Shown piece by piece: positions 48,692 to 58,616 of a stretch of DNA of 64,000 bases. The DNA is taken from the NCBI GenBank assembly GCA_944320945.1, contig CALUJK010000072.1:2477-66476 (forward strand), read 5' to 3'. The position numbers and the translations under genes are program-made. Position 1 is the first letter of the stretch; each line of letters begins with the position of its first letter. Below the pieces are notes generated by a model. It made no database searches, was not told where the DNA came from, and was given only the letters and a program-made list of their open reading frames with translations. The DNA comes from an uncultured Bacteroides sp. GTDB lineage: Bacteria > Bacteroidota > Bacteroidia > Bacteroidales > Bacteroidaceae.

Positions 48692-51600
48692 TTAAAAAGA
48701 GAATTTGGCTCCGAATGTCACTGTGCGGGGCACCGGATAGGCTCCATAGTCCAGACCGTCGTAACCGGCATATACTTCAGGGTCCATACCCTTGTAACCG
48801 GTGATGGTAAACACATCCTGTGCGCTGACTGACAGTTCGATACTGGCTATCTTAGCCACCCGACGCGGAATGCGATAGGACAAACTGATGTTTTTCAACT
48901 TCAGGAAAGAAGCATTCTCCAACCAGAAATCTGAATTCGCATACACTTTGTTGTCGCTGTTTGTCAGACTGGGATATAAGGCATCTGCCTTGTTGGCCAC
49001 CTTATCCCATCCGTTGAAATAGGTATCGCGCAGCGTGACGAAACGCGTGTTTCCCGTCATGGACGATATCCGGAAACGACTGATGTTCAGACGGTCGTAC
49101 CCCGTTGCCGCATTAAAGAAGATATTAAGTGTCCAATTGCGCCAAGTGATGTTGTTGTTCCATCCTAACGTCCATTTGGGGCTTGCCTGCCCTTTGATGA
49201 CAAGGTCTTCCGATGTCGGGTTCGTTGTCAGTTCACCATCGGCACCCAGGTAGAGGTTGGCACCGTTCTCGTCAAACCCTTTCCACTGATAGACGTAGAA
49301 CGAGCCCATAGGATAACCCGGTTTCATAATCTGCATGGCACCGCCCAAATCACTGTAATTAGCGGTCAGCACAAAGTCATTACCGGCCAAATCCACGATA
49401 TTGTTCTTTACATACGTCGCATTGAATGTCGTTTCCCATGTCACAGAACCTTTTACGGGGAAAGCACTGAGTGAGAATTCCACACCGGTATTGTCCAGCT
49501 TGCCCTCGTTCACCCAGTAAGTTCCGCCGCCGTTGTAGCGGGGTACCTGCTTCTGGAAAAGCAAGTCGGTAGTATGCTTCTTGAACCAGTCAAAAGTGAA
49601 ATCAATCTCACCGATACTCAAGTCCAAACCAACATCATACTGATACGTTTTCTCCCACGTAATGTCAGGGGTGGCAAACTGATTCCCCCAATAACCGGTA
49701 TAGGCCGTAGAAGTGCCCCAACCGTAGTTAGCGCCGGAAAGCATACCCAACGTGGAATAAGCGGCAATATCCTGGTTACCGGTGATACCGAAACTACCGC
49801 GCAACTTCAATTGAGTAACCAGATTTTGGTCTTTCATGAAACCTTCCTTAGCGATATCCCATGCCACGGCTGCCGACGGGAAATATCCCCACCGATTACC
49901 GTCTTGGAACTTAGACGAACCATCGGCACGTAAGGCCGCCGTAATGAAATAACGCTTCTTATAATCATAATTGGCACGGATAATGCCCGATGCCAGTGAA
50001 TATTCCGAATATGAATTGCTGGCATTGCGGATGGATGCGTTACCGATGTTCCAATAGCCTACGCTTTCATTATTCAGATTCGAGCCGGTGCCCGTCAGTC
50101 CTGTATCCGTAGAACGGCTTACCTCCCACACGGCCATAGCAGATATGTTATGGTCACCAAACTGCTTCTGCCAAGTCAGATTGTTGGTGTTCTGCCAATA
50201 GTTGTGCATACTGCTGGTGTTATTCACACTGCTGATGGCTCCCGGCTGCACATTGGCCGAAGCAAAGGAGTATGACGGACTGTGCTTATAATCATATCCA
50301 CCCTGCACAGAGAATGTCAACCCGTCGATGATTTTGAACAATAACGTTACATTGGCATTCATGTTATACGCATAAGAGTCGTTTTTGTTGGCCACCATCT
50401 CTGCGTATGGATTCGAAGCATTGGCCACGTTATAAGGGTCACGGTTATAGACACCGGTTTCCGGGTCTATCAATTCCATAGTGGGTGAGAATGAGATGAC
50501 ATTGCTCCAATTGGGCGCACCATTATGCTGCTTGATGCGACTGCCGTTTACTTTGGCAGAAACGGTCAGCCACGGCTTCACATCCGCATCGATGTTGGCA
50601 CGCAGGCCGAAGCTTTGATATTTGGAATTGATTGTAATGGCTTCCTGGTCGAGCACATTACCGGATATAAGATATTTCACTTTCTCACTACCGCCCGTAA
50701 TGCTGAGCCGATAGTCTTGCGTCAAGGCGGTTTGCGTCATCAGGTCTATCCAGTCGATGCCCTTCGTCCCGTTACGATAGGCTTCAAGGTCGCTGACAGA
50801 AATGGTATTCGCACCCCGAATCTCGTTCAACGCCTGCGCATATTCATAAGCATTCAGCAAATCGTATTTCTTGCGCAAAGTAGAGATTCCGATATTAGCG
50901 TCAAAGGAGACACGCGCTTTGCCTTCTGTACCCTGCTTCGTGGTAATCAGAATAACGCCGTTGGCACCACGCGAACCGTAAATAGCCGTGGAAGAAGCAT
51001 CTTTCAGTACCTCCATCGACTGTATATCCGAGGGGTTGATTCCCGCCAATCCGCTGGGCGATATCAGACCGTCCACCACATACAGCGGGTCACTGCTCTT
51101 ATTAATAGAAGTGGTACCACGCACACGCACCTTCATGCCTGCACCCGGCAAACCACTGGAGGCCGTCACCTCCACACCGGCTGTACGACCTTGCAGAATA
51201 TCTTCCACACGCTTCACAGGCTGATTCTTGAACTGACGCGTCGATACCCCGGAGACAGAACCGGTCAGGTCACTCTTCTTAACCGTTCCATAGCCAATTA
51301 CAACGACTTCATCCAGCATCTGATTATCTTCCTTCAACACCACCGGATAGTTCGCCAAGCGGCGGTGTACACGTATCTCCTGCGTGTGATAACCAATGAA
51401 TGAAACTATCAGATGCGTGCGCGGCGGCACTTCCAATACGAATTTGCCGTCCACATCGCTGGTTGTTCCTATTTCAGGATGTTCCTCTACTACGATAGTT
51501 GCACCAATGATGCTTTCGCCGTGCTCGTCGGTCACAATGCCTCGTATCCGCAAATTACCGTTAGGCAACACCTCATTCACCGGTTCGACAGTCGTCACAG

Positions 51601-51724
51601 GCTCCACCGGCTCATCCGTTAAAGGAACTGCCATCTGTGCAGCCAACGGAAATGGAAGCATCAGCATCAGCAAAATGCCCAACCCCCATCTTTTTCTTTG
51701 TGATTTCTTCACGTAGTTTCTCAT
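48692..51724 (-). CDS. SusC/RagA TonB-dependent transporter
   Basis: LDEVVVIGYGTVKKSDLTGSV, KDASSTAIYGSRGANGV, ITWEKT, YPVPRTVTFGAKFSF; likely start MRNYVKK at 51724. Confidence 0.95.
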   Translation of the reverse strand: MRNYVKKSQRKRWGLGILLMLMLPFPLAAQMAVPLTDEPVEPVTTVEPVNEVLPNGNLRIRGIVTDEHGESIIGATIVVEEHPEIGTTSDVDGKFVLEVPPRTHLIVSFIGYHTQEIRVHRRLANYPVVLKEDNQMLDEVVVIGYGTVKKSDLTGSVSGVSTRQFKNQPVKRVEDILQGRTAGVEVTASSGLPGAGMKVRVRGTTSINKSSDPLYVVDGLISPSGLAGINPSDIQSMEVLKDASSTAIYGSRGANGVILITTKQGTEGKARVSFDANIGISTLRKKYDLLNAYEYAQALNEIRGANTISVSDLEAYRNGTKGIDWIDLMTQTALTQDYRLSITGGSEKVKYLISGNVLDQEAITINSKYQSFGLRANIDADVKPWLTVSAKVNGSRIKQHNGAPNWSNVISFSPTMELIDPETGVYNRDPYNVANASNPYAEMVANKNDSYAYNMNANVTLLFKIIDGLTFSVQGGYDYKHSPSYSFASANVQPGAISSVNNTSSMHNYWQNTNNLTWQKQFGDHNISAMAVWEVSRSTDTGLTGTGSNLNNESVGYWNIGNASIRNASNSYSEYSLASGIIRANYDYKKRYFITAALRADGSSKFQDGNRWGYFPSAAVAWDIAKEGFMKDQNLVTQLKLRGSFGITGNQDIAAYSTLGMLSGANYGWGTSTAYTGYWGNQFATPDITWEKTYQYDVGLDLSIGEIDFTFDWFKKHTTDLLFQKQVPRYNGGGTYWVNEGKLDNTGVEFSLSAFPVKGSVTWETTFNATYVKNNIVDLAGNDFVLTANYSDLGGAMQIMKPGYPMGSFYVYQWKGFDENGANLYLGADGELTTNPTSEDLVIKGQASPKWTLGWNNNITWRNWTLNIFFNAATGYDRLNISRFRISSMTGNTRFVTLRDTYFNGWDKVANKADALYPSLTNSDNKVYANSDFWLENASFLKLKNISLSYRIPRRVAKIASIELSVSAQDVFTITGYKGMDPEVYAGYDGLDYGAYPVPRTVTFGAKFSF

Positions 51725-51876
51725 ATTGAAAAGTTTATTACTAATCAATTCTACGTGCAATACTTGTTCCAAAGCGAACACTTAAAAAGAGGATAATCCA
51801 CCGAACATCCTGATAATTTGCAACTTAGTCGATAAAAAAGAGTTTGAGAAAGAAAAAATTAGCAAATCTTCCCATT

Positions 51877-51922
51877 GTGGATTTGGGAAATATTTCCACA
51901 GTGAAGCGGTATAAATTCCACG
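51877..51922. promoter_or_regulatory. Shared susC upstream motif (second copy)
   Basis: GTGGATTTGGGAAATATTTCCACAGT then TTCCACG 22 bp after the first TTCCAC. Confidence 0.6.
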
Positions 51923-52089
51923 TTTGCTACGGTAAAAGATATGACTCGTTTTTATCGGTAAGTCGGAAATAAAATAAGTTACCGATAAAGAATCTGATGT
52001 TATAATTAAAAATCAAGTTTCTACAAAAGACGCATGTGTACGACAAATGTTATTATAGTATTTAATAGATATCCCTACACTCTACAAAG

Positions 52090-53325
52090 TTATTTTCTTA
52101 TATTCCATGGAAATGAATAAATTGCTCCACCGATATTTATATTAACAGTCATAAAAGTTCCTTTTTTACGCTCTATATTAATGTATCCCGAAATAGCTTC
52201 TCCAGGATAAATAGTCGTACGTTTTAAATAACCTTCTTCCTTAATTGCTCTATCCGATAATAAGGAACTACTATATGAAGCAACTCTTTCACTTGCTATT
52301 ACTTGCGCTTGATATGCAGCTGCGGCATCATAGGTAATTGTTGTTGATGAGAAACTTCCAATATTATAGCCTGTACCATAAGAAGAACCGATATAAGAAG
52401 AGTTGGTCGTACTTGTTGAATATCCAGCACCAGCAGCAGCTAAACCTTCTCCAATAGCGGTTAATGCTATAGCCCAATTCTGTTGCCGACGAACCTTTTT
52501 CATATATTCTTCTGCTGAATATACTTTAAGAACTTTTTCATTCCCTTTCTTATCAATTAGCTTAGCATTTATGTTGTTTGGTTCAAATTCAATTGGAAAC
52601 ATAGAATTGTTAGCTATAACTATCGGAATCTGAAAGTATTTTCCATAATCATGAACCTTTTTATTAGTCATACTTATCACTATACCATTTTTATTATAAT
52701 AAGGCCATGCTTCTCCATTCTCATATATTGTTTGTTTTTCATTTAATAATGGAGTCTCATAAATAGGTTGTTTACTAGACAAACTTACTTTACTACAATA
52801 TCCATCTTTATTTGATATTGTACAATAATCATAAAGAGGTACGCCATTGGTATATTCTATTTGCATACATAGATCGCCATCTCCGAAGAATTCAGTATAT
52901 ATACCGTGCAATTTATCATCTTTAAAATTGGCATGAAGTAAAATCAAACCATCTTCTTTATATTTTATATATTCTCCTTCTTGCTTGCCTTTTATCCGAT
53001 ACCCTTTTTGTTCTATTTTCCCCGACTTATAATAGTTTACAAATTTTCCATCAAAAACAGATTTAGAATCATCATATTTATCAATGCTGATATATTCACC
53101 TTCAGATTGAAGTTCTCCTGTAATATAATAACTTCTAAATTTCTTTTTAAAATTATTGTCAGTCGGTAATGTATATATACGATAATAAGTAGCAAAGACT
53201 TTCTCGCAACCCTTCCAATCTCTGTCATAGTACAACGTATCTAGTGTCGTTTGCCCTATAATTACATTTGCCGTACAAAAACAACTTAAAATAACAATGA
53301 AAATTTTTCTCATCTGACCCATCAT
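52090..53325 (-). CDS. AT-rich secreted protein with MORN-variant (YwqK-like) repeats
   Basis: Signal peptide; repeats DGKFVNYYKSG/EGEYIKYKEDG/LHGIYTEFFGDG; very AT-rich. Confidence 0.75.
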   Translation of the reverse strand: MMGQMRKIFIVILSCFCTANVIIGQTTLDTLYYDRDWKGCEKVFATYYRIYTLPTDNNFKKKFRSYYITGELQSEGEYISIDKYDDSKSVFDGKFVNYYKSGKIEQKGYRIKGKQEGEYIKYKEDGLILLHANFKDDKLHGIYTEFFGDGDLCMQIEYTNGVPLYDYCTISNKDGYCSKVSLSSKQPIYETPLLNEKQTIYENGEAWPYYNKNGIVISMTNKKVHDYGKYFQIPIVIANNSMFPIEFEPNNINAKLIDKKGNEKVLKVYSAEEYMKKVRRQQNWAIALTAIGEGLAAAGAGYSTSTTNSSYIGSSYGTGYNIGSFSSTTITYDAAAAYQAQVIASERVASYSSSLLSDRAIKEEGYLKRTTIYPGEAISGYINIERKKGTFMTVNINIGGAIYSFPWNIRK

Positions 53326-53368
53326 TATATCAATCAGTCCTTATCGATGTTTGCAATTAACCACAAAG

Positions 53369-53588
53369 CGTGGAACTGTATGACCACGTCATTGTGTACA
53401 GGTGCTAGGAAAACCTATGTAAACAGATGTGAGAATAACAGCCCCACACATATGCGTGAAGACCATTATATCATCTCTTGTTTTCCTTATTTAAAGGTTC
53501 TCAGGCTTTGTACACGCAGGAGAAGACATAACGCCTCTTATTTTCAATATACCTTGGAAAGAGTTACCCCCATCCATTTACAAAAGTA
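53369..53588 (-). promoter_or_regulatory. Promoter plus long structured 5' leader with two uORFs
   Basis: -7 box TACTTTTG at 53581-53588; stems GTGTACA/TGTACAC, AACCT/AGGTT, CGTGG/CCACG; uORFs 53491-53529 and 53389-53466. Confidence 0.5.
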
Positions 53589-53692
53589 ACCAATTTCTTC
53601 GATAATCTCCTATCACTGAATAAAATTCTTTACTCCTGCAATAAAATTCGCCTTCAATTTACATGTATCGTGTAAATTACCTTTTGGGCCCT

Positions 53693-53894
53693 ATTTTGTA
53701 TAAATACATTACCTTACGGAAAGATGTGTTAATCCCACCTCAGAAGGCATTCTGACAGGGGATTGCTCCGAAGCCCTTCGGAGCACGTACGAAAGGCCTT
53801 CGGAGCGCGCTCGCAAGGGCTTCGGAGTACGAGCCGAAGGGCTTTGAAGCAAACGGCGTCACTATATAGCTCTATCTTGTATACATATTTTATT
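53693..53894 (+). repeat. Dispersed ~202-bp structured repeat, copy 3
   Basis: ATTTTGTATAAATACATTAC...CTCAGAAGG...TTGCTCCGAAGCCCTTCGG...CCGAAGGGCTTTGAAGCAAA...CATATTTTATT. Confidence 0.9.
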
Positions 53895-53953
53895 TTTCGC
53901 AAAGCGAAACTATCGGCTTAAAACAGAAATTTCAGCCTTTTAACTGCACACAA

Positions 53954-55558
53954 TTACACCATATCCTCACCCGTGCGGATAACCGGTACACGTACCGTCT
54001 TATGGAAAGGAATAAAGCGCGAAATCACCGCTATGACCAGCGTCACGACAAACAGCCATCCCAAAATATGCTTCAAAGCAAGCAGGGTGCTCTGCTGTTG
54101 CAACACGTTGTACAGACTTTGCGTAGCCATCTGCATAGCCTCATCAATGCCGTGCCCCTGCGCCAGACTGCTATTAAGAGAAGAGGTGTAGCGTGAAGCG
54201 GCAACAGGATCTACCATCGTCAGATTCTCTGACAATTGCACCATGTACTTCTGCTGCAAGCGATAGAGCACATTGCTGTAGAAAGCCGAAGCAATGACCG
54301 GTGCCAATACCGAACGGCAGGCTATGAGAAAGAAAGCGTTATAGATTAACAACTTAGGATTCAAATCCTCCACAGCAAAAAGGGCGAAGGCGATGATAAG
54401 CGTCAACATACCCAGTCCACGCAGAAAAAGGGGAAAGAAAAGCATCTCATACGTGCTCTCCGGCGAAACAGTGAAATAAAGTATGCCAAAGAACAGCGCA
54501 AAACAGGCCATACCACCGGCTATGAGGAAACGAAAACGCCACCGCTGCCACCGGAACCACCAAAAGCAAATGAATGCCCCCAGCACATAGCCGGGGATGA
54601 GCCATATATATAAGGTATAGGTGTGCGTGGTATCTACGCCTAACACTGTCGTCATGTAATTGCTGAGCAGCGTGGTACTGGTGCTGAAGAACATCACCAT
54701 CATCATGTAGAAATAGCCCAAAATGGCTTTCCACTGAAACAGGGGCTTCAGACTGACAAAGGGGCGCGGGGAATGGAATTGTTCCCACAGGAACAGGGCT
54801 ATGAGCAACGGGGCTATCACGATGTAGAGACATATCTTGGCAGATGCCATCCAGTCCAGGATTCTGCCATAAGTGATAAGATAGACCAGCATCAGCAAGC
54901 CGATGGAAATAATGAGCATCTCGCGCGGGTGTAGTTCCTGCATCGGAATGGAGCGTGAAGGACGGTCGTGACGCATCAAAATGATAACAGACAGAATGGC
55001 CAGCAACAGCAGCAACATCATGAAGTAATACATGTACTTCCAGTCGTACTTGTCTGCCAGCAGTGCCGTCACCACCATGGAAAGTTGTCCGCCACCGAAC
55101 ACCAGCGGATAGAAATAGGCATAAAACTCACTTCGCACATCTGCCGGACTGAAAATCAGCTTTATCCGACGAATGCACCACAGCATGAGAAAACCCTTCA
55201 AGAAACCGATGACGAAACTGAAACAGATTATCAAATCCGTACTGCCGGAGCGGGCACAGGCCCAACTCAGCAGGAACTGCAAAGTAAGATCGGTCAACAG
55301 CAACGACTTGCTGGAAATAGCCGCCAAGACCTTAGGCACAATGGGATAGGCAATAGCCATGCCGGCTGCCGTGGCATAATAACCGATAGTAATGTCCTCC
55401 GTATAGGCACCCAGTGTGTTACTGACATGTACCATACTTCCGGTATAGGCACCGTTCAACATGGTCAGTGGCAACAAAATGAGGAACAAGGCGGTCACTG
55501 ACAACCAGTCCGGCACCCACTGACGCATGGGCAAGTCCAATGTACGCGCAGTAATCAT
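53954..55558 (-). CDS. EmrB-like MFS efflux transporter
   Basis: About 14 TM segments; downstream of a HlyD adaptor. Confidence 0.85.
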   Translation of the reverse strand: MITARTLDLPMRQWVPDWLSVTALFLILLPLTMLNGAYTGSMVHVSNTLGAYTEDITIGYYATAAGMAIAYPIVPKVLAAISSKSLLLTDLTLQFLLSWACARSGSTDLIICFSFVIGFLKGFLMLWCIRRIKLIFSPADVRSEFYAYFYPLVFGGGQLSMVVTALLADKYDWKYMYYFMMLLLLLAILSVIILMRHDRPSRSIPMQELHPREMLIISIGLLMLVYLITYGRILDWMASAKICLYIVIAPLLIALFLWEQFHSPRPFVSLKPLFQWKAILGYFYMMMVMFFSTSTTLLSNYMTTVLGVDTTHTYTLYIWLIPGYVLGAFICFWWFRWQRWRFRFLIAGGMACFALFFGILYFTVSPESTYEMLFFPLFLRGLGMLTLIIAFALFAVEDLNPKLLIYNAFFLIACRSVLAPVIASAFYSNVLYRLQQKYMVQLSENLTMVDPVAASRYTSSLNSSLAQGHGIDEAMQMATQSLYNVLQQQSTLLALKHILGWLFVVTLVIAVISRFIPFHKTVRVPVIRTGEDMV

Positions 55559-56637
55559 GGACGCAAGGCCTCGGTTTCTACCATCATGCCGGCACGCAGC
55601 AGTGCCATGTCGTCGGCGGTGACGTCATCCAAATCAATACGCACGGGAATGCGTTGTTGCACCTTCACGAAATTGCCGGCCGAATTATCCGTGGGAACCA
55701 GCGAGTATTTTGACCCGGTTGCTTCGGAGATGGCTGTGACGTGCCCCTTGAACACGCGTCCCGGTACACCGTCCACACGAATACGTACGGGTTGACCAAT
55801 ATAAATATGAGTTATCTGTGTCTCGCGATAATTGGCTGTTATCCACTTGCCATCCTGACGAACCAGATAAGACAGGGTCTGACCTGCCGAGACATATTGC
55901 CCCACCTCCAGCGTACGGCGTCCCATATAGCCGTCATAGGGCGCGGTAACCACTGTATATGACAAGTTCAGGTTGGCCAAATCCAGTGCAGCCTCAGCAC
56001 GCAAGATGCCGGCTTCCACATTGACCTGCCGGCGGCTTGTCTCCGTATATTGCGAATGGGCGGCCTCTTTCTGACTAAGCAGAGCCTCGTAACGGGCAAG
56101 GGCGGCATCGTAGGCAGACTTCATCTGCTCGTACTGCTGAGCCGGTACGGACTCCTCTTTCATCAGCCGTTCATAACGACGATAGTCTTTCTCGGCTTGC
56201 TCCATGCGGACACGGGCTTCGGCCAGATTGGCGTCTTGTTCGGCAATGCGGGTTTCCGAGTTGCGGATGCCGGAATGCAACACTCCGCGCGAGCCTTGGG
56301 CATCGAGCAGGGCAGCACGGGCTTCTTTCTGACGAATCAGATATTCACGATTATCCAGCACGACAAGCGTGTCGCCCTGATGGACAAACTGATGCTCACG
56401 GAAACGCACCTTCTGTATGTAACCGGCTACGCGCACGTTGACAGGAGCGATGTATTGGTCTACAAAAGCATCGTTCGTAATTTCATAACTGATGTAACGC
56501 CAAAAGTAATGCGCTGTCCACGTCACGCCGGAAAGAGCTATCAGCAGGCAAACGGTATTCAACACGATATTGCGACGTTTACGGTGTCGCAACCGACGGT
56601 ATTTTTGTTCCAGTGTACTCATATATTTCTCGCTCAA
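55555..56637 (-). CDS. HlyD/EmrA-family adaptor
   Basis: TNDAFVD, ANYRETQI, ATGSKYSLVPTDNSAGNFVKVQQRIPVRI. Confidence 0.93.
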   Translation of the reverse strand: MSEKYMSTLEQKYRRLRHRKRRNIVLNTVCLLIALSGVTWTAHYFWRYISYEITNDAFVDQYIAPVNVRVAGYIQKVRFREHQFVHQGDTLVVLDNREYLIRQKEARAALLDAQGSRGVLHSGIRNSETRIAEQDANLAEARVRMEQAEKDYRRYERLMKEESVPAQQYEQMKSAYDAALARYEALLSQKEAAHSQYTETSRRQVNVEAGILRAEAALDLANLNLSYTVVTAPYDGYMGRRTLEVGQYVSAGQTLSYLVRQDGKWITANYRETQITHIYIGQPVRIRVDGVPGRVFKGHVTAISEATGSKYSLVPTDNSAGNFVKVQQRIPVRIDLDDVTADDMALLRAGMMVETEALRP

Positions 56638-56679
56638 TCAAATCATTTACAGTAAAAGAATCTTTTCGCTCCCCTGCTT

Positions 56680-58023
56680 TTATATCTTGCCGATGGCGCG
56701 CTGTAATTGGTAATAGGTATAGATGACATCGGTACGTGCCGTGGTCAGTTGCAGTTCGGCATTCAGCCGCAAACGGTCGGCATCCAGCAGGTCGGTAAGA
56801 ATGGCCAGTTGATTGAGATACCGGTTGCGCATGATTCGGTAGTTCTCCTCTGCCTGACGGACGGACAGGCGCAGGGCATCCACACGGCGTAATGCCTCTT
56901 CGTGCTTCAGATAAGCGGTGCGCACCGTCTGACGCAGGGTTTGCTGCTGCTGGGCCTCTGCATTGCGCTGCAAGTCCAGTTGCCGGTTTGCTTCGTTCAA
57001 CCGGTGGCGACGGCTATACAGGGCATCAAGTGAATAGGAAAGGGAAAGACCGACATTCCATGCATTATTATACATATCTGCCAGCGTGCGCGACACCGGA
57101 CGGGCCAGTGTGTTCGAAGCAAAGAGCGACAGGCGCGGTAACTGGTCGGCACGCACTTGCCGGATGTTGTTTTGCGCCAGTTTTGTCTGCTGTTGCAGCA
57201 GTAGCATAAAGGGGTCACCCAGATAGGCTTGGTGGATATAGTCGCTATACGTATCGACAGTATAGTCTGTATGTAGCAGGGTGGTGTCCGGACAGAGCAG
57301 CAATCCCTCGTCCAGTCCCAACAGCATGTCGAGATGCTGGGAGGTGAGACAGATATTGTTCTCGGTCTCCAACAGGCTGAGACGGTCATCGGTCAACTGC
57401 ATCTCGCTGCGCAACACGTCGTTATTGGTGATAAGTCCTTCGCGCTTCAGGCGGCGGATATCTTGCAAACGGCGTTCGGACTCTGCAATGTTCCGGGTCA
57501 GTACATCATGCTGTTTATAGAGGGCAAAGAGGTCAAGGTACTGGCGTAACAAGGCCACCTTTACGTCGGCTTCGTCGGTGAGTGTCTGTAGGTGGGCAAT
57601 CTCCTTCTCAATGTCTGTCCGACGGATGGCATATCGGATGCGTCCACCTTGATAAAGGGGTTGTTCGAGGTCGAGTGCATAGTTTTGCTGCCAGTCGGGT
57701 GCATCCGGACGGGTAGCGTGTGACAATCCGCGCTGGAATACGACCGGTTGGCCCAACACGCCGGCGCGGAGTCCCAAGGTAATGTTGGGCAGACGGTCGG
57801 TACGGGCTGTACGGGTACGATCGTGCGCAGCCTGTTCCCGCAAACGGTCGGCGGCCAGCTGAAGGTTCTCTTTCATGCCTAAAGAGAAAAGTTGTTCAAG
57901 TCCCAAATGAAGAGAATCGGACGGGACATCGGTAGATGGGGCATCTGCCTGCCGGGCACTACAAGGAGAAACTACGGCTATGACTGCTGACAGAGACAGC
58001 GATTTAATAAGACTCCAGAACAT
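56680..58023 (-). CDS. TolC-family outer-membrane protein
   Basis: QPLYQGG, QAEENYRI..NRY, TDLLDA motifs. Confidence 0.9.
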   Translation of the reverse strand: MFWSLIKSLSLSAVIAVVSPCSARQADAPSTDVPSDSLHLGLEQLFSLGMKENLQLAADRLREQAAHDRTRTARTDRLPNITLGLRAGVLGQPVVFQRGLSHATRPDAPDWQQNYALDLEQPLYQGGRIRYAIRRTDIEKEIAHLQTLTDEADVKVALLRQYLDLFALYKQHDVLTRNIAESERRLQDIRRLKREGLITNNDVLRSEMQLTDDRLSLLETENNICLTSQHLDMLLGLDEGLLLCPDTTLLHTDYTVDTYSDYIHQAYLGDPFMLLLQQQTKLAQNNIRQVRADQLPRLSLFASNTLARPVSRTLADMYNNAWNVGLSLSYSLDALYSRRHRLNEANRQLDLQRNAEAQQQQTLRQTVRTAYLKHEEALRRVDALRLSVRQAEENYRIMRNRYLNQLAILTDLLDADRLRLNAELQLTTARTDVIYTYYQLQRAIGKI

Positions 58024-58450
58024 CTTGTAATGCTTTAAGTTGACAAGTCAGTTGTTTTAAGGTATCAATGCCGGCTTGCTGGTCCAACCGGTGGTAATAT
58101 TCCTCCAAGCGGGGAGCAAGCCATTGGCTGAAGCGCTTCCCTTCCTCGGTCAGGAATACCAGTTTATTACGACGGTCGTCAGGATCGGCGTGACGGCATA
58201 CATATCCTTTCTTCTCTAAATTATTCATTAAGTTGGTAAGACAGGCTTTGTCTTTGGCAGTACGTTCGGCCAAGGTCTGCTGGCTGATGCCTTGTTCGTT
58301 CCATAAGCAACTCATTATTTGCAGCATCTCGAAAGTAATGCCTGCTTCGCAGTTTTTCAGCATCCGTTGCATGGCTTGTCGCGATGCCATGCGCGTACAT
58401 ATCAGTTGTCGGATGCATTCCCTTGAAATCATGCGCTCATTTTCGTTCAT
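58004..58450 (-). CDS. MarR-family transcriptional regulator
   Basis: ISQQTLAERTAKDKACLT, LEKKGYV, DRRNKLVFLTEEG; likely start MNENER at 58450. Confidence 0.93.
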   Translation of the reverse strand: MNENERMISRECIRQLICTRMASRQAMQRMLKNCEAGITFEMLQIMSCLWNEQGISQQTLAERTAKDKACLTNLMNNLEKKGYVCRHADPDDRRNKLVFLTEEGKRFSQWLAPRLEEYYHRLDQQAGIDTLKQLTCQLKALQDVLESY

Positions 58451-58479
58451 AGGGGTACTTCGTTTTTGTATTTGGGCTG

Positions 58480-58519
58480 CAAAGGTATAGTTTTCCGCAG
58501 AATTAGTCAAACCTTTGAC
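58480..58519 (-). promoter_or_regulatory. Promoter (TTTG-N20-TACCTTTG) overlapped by palindrome GTCAAA-CC-TTTGAC (candidate MarR operator)
   Basis: -7 box at 58480-58487, -33 box at 58508-58511, palindrome at 58506-58519. Confidence 0.6.
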
Positions 58520-58544
58520 CAATATATTAATGGAAGAAAGAAAA

Positions 58545-58588
58545 ATCCCTGCTACAACTTCCATCAAGGCAGAAGTTATAGCAGGGAT
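58545..58588 (-). terminator. Intrinsic terminator after korB
   Basis: ATCCCTGCTA..AACTTC / GAAGTT..TAGCAGGGAT hairpin followed by a T-run on the minus strand. Confidence 0.85.
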
Positions 58589-58616
58589 GATAGTAAAGCT
58601 ATGTGACTCGTGCAAC

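Noticed and set aside
51951-51989. Inverted repeat TTTATCGGTAA/TTACCGATAAA
   Set aside because: Could be a terminator for the 52090 gene or an operator, but it has a long AT-rich loop, no clear U-tract and no second copy.
52028-52054. Third ECF-like site AATAAC-N16-CGTCT upstream of susC
   Set aside because: The -35 box and spacing differ from the two matching sites and it lies about 300 bp from the start; too weak to call.
52090-53325. YwqK-like repeats as a toxin-antitoxin system
   Set aside because: No cognate toxin or nuclease gene is adjacent, and MORN-variant repeats are widespread in secreted Bacteroidetes proteins.
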